A stretch of DNA of 64,000 nt, from the NCBI GenBank assembly GCA_965153285.1, contig OZ229121.1. The stretch is one strand, 5' to 3'. Made by a program: the position numbers and the translations under genes. This DNA is from Podarcis tiliguerta (lineage: Eukaryota). The notes under the pieces were generated by a model. That model had not been told where the DNA came from and did no database searches. It saw nothing but the letters and a program-made list of their open reading frames with translations. Below are positions 1 to 11,284 of the stretch, in pieces. Position 1 is the first letter of the stretch. Every line of letters begins with the position of its first letter.

Positions 1-217
1 TATTGTAGGGCGTACACTTTTAACTATTTCATTTTTCAAACAGTTTTATAATTCCTTAATATATAACCCTTTAGCGCCTGGTGTGGATGCTTTTTGTAAG
101 TACATTAAAAGATAAGTAAATATTTCAGGTTGTGTTTCTAAGGCAAAAATAAGGATTCTACTAAAGTGGTTTTTCCAATCATTCATAATTAGTAGAGAAA
201 CTATGAATAATTTATAC

Positions 218-339
218 CTCTTCACTCCCATTATTGTTCTCTCCATCCACAAATGATGCCAAAGATGGGTAGGAGGGGGCTGCAACATGCTTTAGAATGT
301 GGTCCAATTCTTTTAGTATCATTTCTGTCTCAGAAACAC
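218..339 (-). CDS. ZCWPW2: ZCWPW2 coding exon 7 (last in window; terminal exon lies left of position 1)
   Basis: tttattag|...|gtataa; 122 nt, phase 1->0; (G)VSETEMILKELDHILKHVAAPSYPSLASFVDGENNNGSEE resembles human VCETEVLLKELEQMLQQ (recalled). Confidence 0.88.
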
Positions 340-500
340 CTAATAAAAACGGCAATATTAATGATTTAGCTTACATATACATTGTACATTTATGCAATGC
401 TATTTATTGCTCAGTCGACTGCTTGGACTACAAGTGTTAAGTGGAACGGGCAAACATCCTAATTCTAGATACGAAAACAAAAGTGTTTCCTATGACATTA

Positions 501-1256
501 CCGTGGTACCTTGGTTCTCAAACGCTTTGGTTCTCAAATGCCGAAAACCTGGAAGTGTTCCGGTTTTCGAACACTTTTTGGAAGCCAAACGTCCGATGCA
601 GCTGTCAGCTATTGTTTCCAGGGCACCTGCATGAATAAGAAGCTGCAACTTGGTTTTCAAACATTTCGGAAGTCAAACGGACTTCTGGAACGGATTGAGC
701 TTGGTGCTTTTGTTTTTGCTCTTTTTCAATTTTGTTTTTGAGGCTTTTTCGGTTAACTTGTTTTTGTGACTGTGTGGAACCCAGTTTAGCTACTGGTGGA
801 TTGATTGTACGACTGCGGAAATGGATAAAAAGCCCCCCCCCCCCCGCATTCAAATAATGACTATCATCAGTGCAGGTAAGGAAAAAGAATCAATTTTAAT
901 TTTTATCATCTACAATGCCATCTTATTTATTTTATAGTACAGTACATCATAGCTGTCAACTTTTCCCTTTTCTTGCGAGGAATCCTATTCGGAATAAGGG
1001 AATTTCCCTTTTAAAAAAGGGAAACGTTGACAGCTATGCAGTACATTGATTATTGCTTTCATTTTATGGCTCAGTGGTCTCGTTAGATAGTAAAATTCAT
1101 GCTAAATTGCTGTTTTAGGGATTGTTTTTTAAAGTCTGGGACAGATTAATCCATTTTGCATTACTTTCTATGGAAAAGTATGCTTTGGTTTTGGAATGCT
1201 TTGGTTTTGGAACGGACTTCCGGAATGGATTAAGTTTAAGAACCAAGATAGCACTG
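501..1256. mobile_element. Non-autonomous Tc1/mariner (Tigger/pogo-like) DNA element
   Basis: TA|ccgtggtaccttggttctcaaac ... ttaagaaccaagatagcactg|TA: imperfect TIRs with TA target duplication. Confidence 0.8.
948..1038. mobile_element. 91-bp hAT-type MITE nested in the Tigger-like element
   Basis: Perfect TIR catagctgtcaac/gttgacagctatg; perfect 8-bp TSD cagtacat (940-947, 1039-1046). Confidence 0.9.
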
Positions 1257-2029
1257 TACTCCTATGCAACAAAATGAAGTCAAGTGCTCTCACTGGGGTC
1301 AACCTGACTGGCTTCTGGTTGAAATTCCATTTGTACTCATCACTTAACAATTTAAGGATGCAATTCTAACCTCACTTACCTGGGAAGTAAAACCCACATA
1401 ATTCAACAGGGCTTACTTTTGACTAGACATGGTTAGGATGGCCATGTGAAAGACAGATCCTACAACTCAACCAACTGAAGCAAATAGATTAAATGAGTGC
1501 ATTGGTGCCAAAATAGAGTTAATGAACATTATTCCAACTGTTTCAGTTAAAATAAATTGCAGATAGAAATTACTAGTAATTACAATCCTATTTATTTGGA
1601 AATGTAAACAAAAATAGTAACTTCTTATCATATTTGGCAGACACACAGCATGTAATTTTGGTCTGATATTAAAATAGCAACAAACAGAATGATCTGATTT
1701 GTGGTAGAGTTAATCCAAATATAAATTGCACTAACTTGGGCAAAAAAGACAAAATCTTTTGTTGACACAGTGTGAAATGATTGCATACATGATTAAAATG
1801 GGTAGAATAATGTACACAAAGCATTGGAGGACAGATAACATCCCAAGCATGAATAAAAATAAATTATGAATGTAAATTTTCTGTAAAATTAATTAATTGC
1901 ATTTAAGTTACAGATAAAGATTATGGGGGGAAACTCCCCCCCCCCACAAAAAACCCTGAAATCATTTCCAAAACTATTGGGTTGCATCCAACTAACCTTT
2001 ACGCAGAGTAGACCCACTAAAATTAATGT

Positions 2030-2260
2030 AATAATAATAATTTATTTATATCCCACCCATCTGGCTTGGTTTCCCCAGCCACTCTGGGTGGCTCCCAAGA
2101 GAATATTAAAAACATGATAAAACATCAAACGCTAATAACTTCCCTAAACTGGGCTGCTTGCAGATGTCTTCTACAAGTCAGATAGTTGTTTATTTCCTTG
2201 ACATCTGATGGGAGGGCGTTCCACAGGGCGGGCGCCACTACTGAGAAGGCCCTCTGCCTT
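2030..2260 (-). mobile_element. LINE (L2-like) 3' end fragment
   Basis: (AAT)n tail followed by tatcccacccatctggc...ccactactgagaaggccctctgcc; near-identical copy at 39684-39903. Confidence 0.7.
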
Positions 2261-5200
2261 AGTCATGAGATCCAATTACGTACATTTACCTGTAGCCTCT
2301 GTTAGTGCAATGGCACTTCCAGTTTCTCCCTCCATCCTCCATTCCCCCAGAAATATAAATCTGTTCTGAGGGTTCTCAAAAATACCAGAACAGTTTTTGG
2401 AGTTAGGCAGGGGGCTGGAATGGGGTGGAGAGGACAGAGAAGTGCTAGTGGATACTCCTTGTGCTGTGCTGGATCATGCCCATACACAGGATTGTGCTGT
2501 TAGTCTGAATACAACCCTGTGTTTTATTTATTATAATTATAATTGTTAATCTTGTCTTGTTTGATTCTGCCTTTGTATATCTATTTTTCTGATAAGATAT
2601 TGTCTAATTTGTCATAATCATCACCACCATCATTTCTTTTAAAAAGATAGAAAGAAGGTTCTATCACAGCTACACTCACTTCTTGCCCTCTCACCAATCC
2701 ATCTTTCTTGTGTACAGTTTGAATCTCTTTACTTTCCAAACTTTGGTTTCAAGTGAGGTGAACGATAACCATGTTCAGTGTGTTTGGGGTAAACAATATT
2801 CTCATTATGATACAATTAGCATTTGAAATTTTCAGAAGACAACTATATTTGAAGTAAAAGCAAACAAGCCAAATAAATCAATATGAGGATAGAAAATTAT
2901 TCTTTGTAACTTTACTGGTCGAAATCTAAAGTCTCAGTTGTGTTCTTAAAAGCCAGAGTTAATTAAGCATCAAATAAAACCTTACAGTTAGGGTTAGATA
3001 CAATCTAATCCAATTTTCACTGGTATCATCCTTTAAAGTTACCTTAGGAAAGCTTTAGATGTGTTAGATATCTAGTCAATTTAGTGCATGACACTCAGAA
3101 GCTACTGATAGCAGGCTTTACACTGAAAAGGTATTTTTTATGGTATTTTTATTCAGCTGGTACTTATTGTGTTAACCTCTATGCATTATTAGTCACACTA
3201 GTTACAAGTGTGTCAAGGTATGGCTTCCATTTACCTAGCAATTAAGAATGGTAGGTTATGTGTTCTTTTCAATGGAGATGTAAAATTCTGTTTCTGGAGA
3301 TTCACAGAAGCTCAATGCTACTTTGCTATCACACTGAATAAGTGCTTCACAATTCTTTTCACTATAAAAATGAATTACTGTCTTCTTTGAAACCCATCTG
3401 TCAATTCCAAAATCCAGGCTTGAAGGGGGGGGGGGGGAAACCCTTGTCCCTGTGCTCAATATCCACTGCCCAATAGCTTTCCCATCTAGACTCCTCCTGC
3501 GTAATACAGGCACAGGACAGAAAACCACAACTATGTCATGTATGGTTGCCAGAATTCTTTAAGCTTTTTGCTACGCCATATTTTCCAAAACCCACAGAAA
3601 TCAACAGCATAATCTGCATGCCTTTAAAGAAGTTGGATGGTGCCCTTTATTAGTAGGCATAATATCAGAACCAGAAATTTTTTTAAAGGGTAGCCAATCC
3701 CAGAATGGGAAGTTAGAGGGAGAGAAATGGGCAGTTCAAAAATTCAAGTCGTGTAGACGCTATTTTATGTTAAGTGATGCAAAAAGTGTCAACAATATGA
3801 AAAGTAAATTAAGTAGTCCAGTCTCCCCTAGGACTCCAGGCGCTGATCAGGCATACCAATTTTTCCTCTCCCTGCCAAAGGCAGTGTCCATATAATCCAA
3901 TCCTTCTCTCCACAGAGTATTCCTAATATGAAAGCAATCCTTCTGCATTAGAGCTGTCAAAATCCAAGTTTGGATAATTTTTTCCCAATTATTACGGAGG
4001 AAAGCATGTGTGTGCACACAAGGAAAACACACAGGTGTGTTGTAGTGGGACATGCTTTGCCTGCGAATTATAATCACATACCACTGGGCAGTTCCAAATT
4101 TTCCTTTTAAAAAGCTCAGCCTTGAACTGATGGGGAAAGTAGAGAGGAGTTAAGGCTGTAAACAGAACTTTAATAAATGTAGTCAGCAGATACTACTTCT
4201 GTCTGCTTTAATGTTAGCTAATACCCCTACTGCTGTGATTTAGAAGAACTGGGGCAGCAGGAAGCATTTAATTTACAGGAGCCTCTTGTAGTTATTGCAA
4301 GTATGGCTGTCAGCATACTAAGCAAACATTTTGTACACCATTAAAAGGACCTAACAACACACTTTTATTTTGGAAAGACGGGGAAAATCACAACAACTCT
4401 CATGCTAGCTAGCAGAATTAAAAGTTCTCTTGACTGTAGAATATCCTAAACAATCAATATAATGTAATTTCTCACAGTAATAGGATGCCTTGCATACGTG
4501 GGTTATTTCAATCATCATGCCCTACAAAGCTTTATTCCCCTCAGTCACTATTGTTTACACGTTATACATATTTAAAAGGTATCTAGAAGTCAATACATGG
4601 CTGTTTTAGACTATCAAGCCATTACATGATAATCATTATCACTGTGTAAAATGGCTATGTGAATCCACTAGGAAATACAGCTTGTTTGCAATAATATATG
4701 AACTTGCACCTAAGCCAATTTAGAGCATTACAGAAGACTCACATGATAGAATGAAATCAAGACTGAAAGGTGCCTTTACACTATCCAGAATGTACAAATT
4801 GACAACTTTCAAAATGTTGCATATATCTCAGAATGTTCATGATTATAATAATTTGCAATATGTTTCCCAATGTTTTATGCACATAGAACTGGAAGGAAAC
4901 TCACTTATAAAACATGAAGTATATCCTTTGCTTGAGAAATAGTATTCCTGCCTAAAATTTCCCTGACAGATTCCAGATATAGGATTTTCTGAAAGGATCT
5001 GAGAAAAGAAATTCAGCTTCATTCCTGGGCAGCTTGTTGGATTGTTAATCATTTATTAAAGTTATGATGCTTTCCTAAGAGTTTAACGTATCTGTAGTTT
5101 ATGTTACCTGTATCTTTTATCTATATTTCACAATTCCACCTCTGAACCATTTGTCAATTGTCAATATACTACCTAAATTCTGTCAGCTAAAAAGTGAACA

Positions 5201-6105
5201 TAGCATTATTAAATCAGTATTTTAAACCTGTTCTGAATAGACAGCTTCTCTTTCACTTTCTCTCTTTCTCTTCTTTTTTATTTTTTGCTATCAGGCTGCT
5301 CATAATATAACCCGATAGCACATTATTTGTGTGCCACAAATACAACATTGCTGAATCATGTTCAGTTTGCTATTATCTGCACGCAATCACAGCAATGCTG
5401 CTGTTGACTATCTTTCACCTTGTACATATGATTTCTCCTCCCCCTTTTCTTTTATCTCTGTCCCTGCATCTTTGTTAAAAATTCTGCCATCAGGAGAACA
5501 GCTAATATCTGGTCTTTGATACCGAGCAGAGAAGAATAGGCAGAAGATATGCAACTGTGCATGTTTTACTTTAAAAGAGATGGGTTGTATTTTTTAAATA
5601 ATGTCTAGCAATACATGCTGTGATCTGTATGTTTCCATAGCTGGTAACAGATGTAATAGCCTGGGAGCTCATTACGAAGGGCCTGCCTTGCAGTATGGAT
5701 CTCATATACCTTAGATACATTAGGCAGCAACTACACAATAAAGTTAAAATTGGACTTGTCAGCATTGAAATGGCTTGGATTTGCAGCAACTCAGAGGGCG
5801 TATTAGAGAATTTGCATTGAGCTGACAATGGAGGGAAATGTAAACATGATCATGGTTAAACCTTGGGATTGGGGAAAATCCTGTATAAGCAGTCTACAGG
5901 CTGGCAAATAACCTCATCTTGCCAAGTGTACTGCTCTTACCTTTTCCCAATTGAACACAGCTTTATAATAAAAGTCTCGGGTGATACAACAGCAGCTATT
6001 CCTTTCCCTATTCCCTTTCAATGACTTTGTTCCTTGACTCAACTGAAGATGTGCCAGTTCAACAGAGACCAAAGATAATAAATGAAATTTAGTAATTGAT
6101 GCTTA

Positions 6106-6226
6106 CATGGGAGTAGCTAGGATTTATGTTAGGGGGGCAGAACCTCAGTTAGTTAAGTATTTTTATTGATTTACTTGGTTTAGGGGAGGGCAGCTGTCAC
6201 TCTGCCCCGCCTTAGCTACAACCACG
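6106..6226. mobile_element. Short hAT-type MITE
   Basis: catgggagtagctagg...cttagctacaaccacg inverted ends; 8-bp TSD gatgctta/aatgctta. Confidence 0.65.
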
Positions 6227-6441
6227 AATGCTTAGATATTGGTATTTCATGCCTCCTAATTTGAAGTACAATATTGGAAAGCATTCTCTGAACTTTGTAG
6301 AAAGCCAGCTTTAGAATCAAATCTGACTGCAAAGCCCCTTTAGCCCAACACATTTACTTTAACTGTTTTGTATTATTTGAGAAGTCCCCTATAAGGCCCT
6401 GGTCCCTGATTCAGGTCAATCACTTATCTGATCCACTAAGG

Positions 6442-6578
6442 CAGGCATAGGCAAACTTGGCCCTCCAGATGTTTTGGGACTACAACTCCTCATTATCCCT
6501 GACCACTGGTCCTGTTAGCTAGGGATGATGGGCGTTGTAGCCCCAAAACATCTGGAGGGCCGATTTTGCCTATGCCTG
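6442..6578. mobile_element. Palindromic hAT MITE (ACTACA family)
   Basis: caggcataggcaaa...tttgcctatgcctg, near-complete hairpin; 8-bp TSD cactaagg/cactaagt. Confidence 0.9.
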
Positions 6579-7093
6579 CACTAAGTTCTGATGCCCCTTA
6601 ATACTTCCCATAATAACCTGCTAGCACCATGTACTGATTTACAAAAAGCAATTGGACTCCCCTTCTGTCTACTTAGCTATATAATCCAAAACCAGGTTGC
6701 GGAGGTGAGATCTGCTAACCTAGGATTGTATCCATAGGCAGCACTCTGCTTGCACAAATTCACAAATTCACAAAATCACTTCTCCTTCTGCTTCCCCACT
6801 GAGCTACTGTGATTCCATGGAATATTCAAGTACATTTTAATTTCTGTTTGCAAAATACTTACTTAACCATTTTTGATTATTTGCAAACAACGTGGAAATG
6901 TTACTGTCTATGTACACTTCCCAGTTTCTTTCCGTATAACCACACATATATGGCTGACATAATACTATATTTCAGAAACAAGAACTAGTTTTCACAGTGA
7001 AAGGTACATGTCCTGTATCCTACTTAGATATGAATAAATTCTTTGAAAATATGGCTGTCCTGATTTAATATATTGCTACACATTTATACAAAC

Positions 7094-7161
7094 CTAGATT
7101 TTCATCTGACAATACATCTTCTGAGCCCGCAATTTCAAATGAACTTCTTAATGTTATTTTC
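7094..7161 (-). CDS. ZCWPW2: ZCWPW2 coding exon 6
   Basis: gttttag|...|gtttgt; 68 nt, phase 2->1; (R)KITLRSSFEIAGSEDVLSDENL vs human RKAILKCSFENVYSDDALSKENR (recalled). Confidence 0.88.
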
Positions 7162-8035
7162 CTAAAACACACACAGAGAAAGTTGATGTATTTGTTGTGA
7201 ATATCTAATCAAGAAGAATCAGATAATATTTGAAACATATACTTCTATATGCAGAAAGCATTCTCTTCCAAATCCTGCCTTTATACGAGAAAAGTATTGC
7301 TAGGTATTTGTGAAAAGCACCTCATCTTTAAAACCTTTTCGGTTACTACTTGTAGGCATAATTTATCACAAACCACTTGATCATTTATTAATAGGATTAT
7401 GTCCCTTTGGTGTCCCCTTGATAAGGGGAAATGTTAGAAGGGGCAATTTTTATCTATAGTTGTATTGAGCTAAATCTTTAAACAATAATTGCAGGCTAAA
7501 TTTTAGTCACTGTTTTTAGTCATTTTGCATCCACTAATCAGATAGATAAATAGTCTAAATTATGTGTGAAAGTGACCGTCTGCTCTAACTAAACAAAAAT
7601 AAAAGCTTGTAAGAGACAAGTTGAATGTTTAATCTACAAGCATGAATATTAAATATTATAGGGCTTGATCCTAAATGGGGTGAGAGTGGGAATCTGAAGG
7701 AAATTTAACTGCCCACTCAGAACCTCAGAAGTGAGGTTGAAGAAACAGTCTTTTGCTCCTTCATCTGTTTTGAAGTTTCCTGCTTTTAAAAAGTTTTCTC
7801 TCTCTACTGAAAACAACCCCCTACCCCGGAAAAAATAGGGAAGTATTTTGTTACCCTAGCACAAAAAATCTGTATGCTCAAATTCATATATCCGCCTTGC
7901 AAACAAATCAGAACGGTTGCTCAGTAGAGACTGAACATGGTCTAACCACCACATAAGCTCTGTGCAAGGAAATCAGAATGAATGCCAAGTGCCAACAAGT
8001 GCAAAAATCGTTTCGCTCAGCATCATGGGAGCCAC

Positions 8036-8157
8036 CAGGGCATTTTTCTCAGCCGGAACTCACCAGAACTCAGTTCTGGTACCTCTCAGGTAGGCACCAT
8101 TGCCATTATAAGAGAAGGAGGAGTTCCAGCTCCTCTTTTTCTAGAAAAATCACACTG
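8036..8157. mobile_element. hAT-type MITE (same family as 13928-14001)
   Basis: cagggcatttttct...agaaaaatcacactg; 8-bp TSD ggagccac/ggaaccac. Confidence 0.75.
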
Positions 8158-8271
8158 GGAACCACCATTTTATAACAACACAACTTGGCACAGTAATTGT
8201 AGTGTTAATAGGCTGCCGAAGGGATGGTTTAAAAAAGTAACCAAATAAAGTCAAACTAACCCAATGGTTAC

Positions 8272-8333
8272 CTTTTCTTTCTTCCAATTCTGCAGCTACT
8301 TTCCCCTCCACAAGTTTTTGTGCTGGTTCTTGT
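8272..8333 (-). CDS. ZCWPW2: ZCWPW2 coding exon 5 (basic, NLS-like end)
   Basis: tttcttag|...|gtaacc; 62 nt, phase 0->2; TRTSTKTCGGESSCRIGRKK(R); phase fits both neighbours. Confidence 0.78.
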
Positions 8334-9633
8334 CTAAGAAACATAACAAAAAAAAAATACTTTGAAGCTTTCCGTATTTAATATTTTTATTTAACACGAT
8401 GTTATGTTTGCTGCTGGGATCAGTATGCTTGTGCTAAACTTCCCTCGCATACCCCAGTTGTGTTGTTTCAGTAAGATTCAAAATGTGAGCCACGGTCAAC
8501 CTGGTCATTTTCCCCATCTTCACCAGGAGCCATCACAGACAACGACTGGGGCCTGAGAATCTTACCATTTGGGTAGCACAACTCACATAGGGAGTTTTAC
8601 TAGTTGAAACAGCTGGCTGGGGGGAATTCACCAACGCATGGTGGTGTTTGACCATACCTTTGTTGAAGGTTTAGTTCAGCTCTTTACTCTTTCTGTAAAA
8701 GTGAAGCTGATTCTCCTCTACGTCAAAAACAGTTGTACCCAGTATTTTATTAGAATTCACAAACTCATAAAATCACTGCTCCCCCCCCCTGCTCCAGTCC
8801 ACTTCACTCCCATCACATATTTCGGTTGACACCTGTCCAAAATGTATGCTGGTTACCAATTTGTATAATGTCAAGAAGTGTTACCATGGTAAGGTGACAG
8901 AGGTGTTATGTTGTTTCATTTCTAAGAGAGATTCTATATTTTAATTCTCTCTATATTTATCTCTTTATTCTCTATATTTATCTCTTTAGATTCTCACCCC
9001 TCCCCCAAAATTGTTCACTTAAAATTTTGATTAAGCATAATACTCAGAGAAAATAGGAAAATGTATGAACTAATGGGACCAACCTCAAATTCAAGCAGAT
9101 TTTAAATAAGCTAAGGACAGTACTGTATCTCAAACAAGGTTGCAAAAAAAAAAATCAGGTATGAGATCGGTGAAAATGAAACAACTGTGTCAGACAGGTT
9201 ATTATTATTATTATTTATTGTGTTTATACACTAACCTTCGCCTGGAGGATTCCAGGGTAATACAGCACAGCATAATAAAAACAACCATTTACACAGAATA
9301 ATTTAAACGTCTAAAAGCTACAAAACTAAAAACAACATTAAAGCACAACAGCACAATAATACTGCTAGATTTAAGGAAGATTTACCTCCCCAAAGCCTGG
9401 GAAAGCTCGCATGCCTTCAGCTGATTTCTAAAAATTAATAGTGTGGGAGGCAACTGCACTTCCCTAGGAAGTGAATTCCACTATCAAGGAAATGCCACTG
9501 AGATAATGATAACAGCACCACAACAGCAGCAGCAACAACAACAAGAACTTGAAGCTGAAAGTGTAACTTTGGTTTGCAAACGAGAAGCCTCCACCAATCC
9601 ATTAAGAATGTAAGAATACATATTAAATCTTAC

Positions 9634-9692
9634 ATTTTTTCTGCAAGTGGTCATGTTAGATTTGGTTTTGGCTTCTTTATTCTTTACTACAT
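9634..9692 (-). CDS. ZCWPW2: ZCWPW2 coding exon 4
   Basis: ttttttttccag|...|gtaaga; 59 nt, phase 1->0; (D)VVKNKEAKTKSNMTTCRKN; low similarity to human, but required to join exons 3 and 5 in frame. Confidence 0.72.
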
Positions 9693-10162
9693 CTGGAAAA
9701 AAAATTGGTAAATGAGCAAAAGCAATAACTGATTAAAAAATAGTTTACTGGCAAACAAAATTACTTTTCATAGTTATTCCAATCTGTTCTCTAATATATC
9801 AAGTTGTAATAACAAGACGTAGTACTGGTATAAAAAAATATTTTATTAAATATATAATTATATTATAACGGATTGAATGGTACCTTTCTGTACTGCTATA
9901 ACTACCTGCACAAGATTTCCAGATTTGCACCAAACACACACATGGTTTAATCTGCTGTGGACATAAGAGCCAACTCCTGGGGGCAGAGGTTTCTTTGCCC
10001 CCCAATAAAAGATTTGAAGGGGCTGCCCCCCCAAGTTGAAGGGCATTGCCATTCAAATGGTGTGCATGTGCCACATCTTGTGATCAATTATGTGGGGCGG
10101 GGCTTACCTGCGTCCCCCCCACCTGTGGAATTGTTTTACACAGAGCTATCACCTCTGGTGGT

Positions 10163-10500
10163 GCTATGGGTTAAACCACAGAGCCAGGACTTGCCGATCA
10201 GAAGGTTGGCGGTTCGAATCCCCACGACGGGGTGAGCTCCCGTTGCTCGGTCCCTGCTCCTGCCAACCTACCAGTTCGAAAGCACGTCAAAGTGCAAGTA
10301 GATAAATAGGTACCGCTCTGGGGGGGGGGCGGTAAACGCGGTTTCCGTGCGCTGCTCTGGTTCGCCAGAAGCAGCTTACTCAAGCTGGCCACATGACCCG
10401 GAAGCTGTACGCCGGCTCCCCTGGCCAATAAAGCGAGATGAGCGCTGCAACCCCAGAGCTGGTCACGACTGGACCTAATGGTCAGGGGTCCCTTTACCTT
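10163..10500 (+). mobile_element. Sauria SINE (slightly 5'-truncated)
   Basis: tRNA-like head with ggttcgaatccc B-box, (accttt) tail; 16-bp TSD tatcacYtctggtggt (10147-10162, 10501-10516). Confidence 0.92.
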
Positions 10501-11169
10501 TATCACTTCTGGTGGTCGTGTTTTCCAGCAGTGGATGGTTTTGGGGGGCTGTGTTGCTCACCTGACCTCCATTTGCTTACGCTGTTGCTGCTGCTTACTG
10601 GAAAGTAGAAGGGAAGCGGGGAGGTGGTGGAGAGGTTAGTGCCGTGGAAGTGCACTGCCAGAAGTGACAGAATGGCTCTTCCAGCGCCTTTGCACCATGC
10701 TGACCTCACTGCTGCCTCACTCCTCCTCCCAGTAAGCAGCATCAGCCTCACTATCTACAACTGATATGTTCTAAAGATGTCCACATTCAGGATTATGACA
10801 CGGTCAACATGGATGAGACATCTACAGAAAATACATTGTGTGTTACAAGGAGGACCATGGCAGCAATCCAGCCACTCCTTGAAGGGACACAGGTTGTGCA
10901 GAATCAACCCCCACATATCAAACGGGTGCATGTCATGAATGAGCGCTAAGAGTAGAAGACAGATAAAGGAGCGAGGGTCACAAGCAATCTGCATGAAGCA
11001 CTTATACATATAAAGCCTTAGTTTTCATTTAATAATTTGAAATCATTATATTACTGTATACTACAATTACTAGTATATTACAATTACTGTACTTGGGAAA
11101 GAATCCACTTTGCATACAAACAAACAATGAAGTCAATATATAGAGACAGAAAGAGCCATATAACTGTAC

Positions 11170-11284
11170 CCTTTTTTGAGAGGTAGCACATTTCAAGCCT
11201 TTGCTGAGCAGAACAGGCCAGCAATTTGTTTGCTTCTTCTAATGCACTTTCATACCAGACTTTCCACCTCTTGTATACATTTGC
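11170..11284 (-). CDS. ZCWPW2: ZCWPW2 coding exon 3 (PWWP C-terminal helices)
   Basis: ttctgtag|...|gtacag; 115 nt, phase 0->1; ANVYKRWKVWYESALEEANKLLACSAQQRLEMCYLSKK vs human KWYKSALQEA...EQRLEMCCLSK. Confidence 0.93.

Noticed and set aside
8272-8333. Apparent premature stop (possible ZCWPW2 pseudogene), and a KVAA match to human in another frame
   Set aside because: The phase 1->0 exon at 9634-9692 puts this exon in an open frame that fits the next exon; the KVAA match is treated as chance.
10783-10940. TRSTWMRHLQKIH resembling the tail of a BED zinc finger (hAT transposase remnant)
   Set aside because: No upstream CxxC and no further transposase homology visible.
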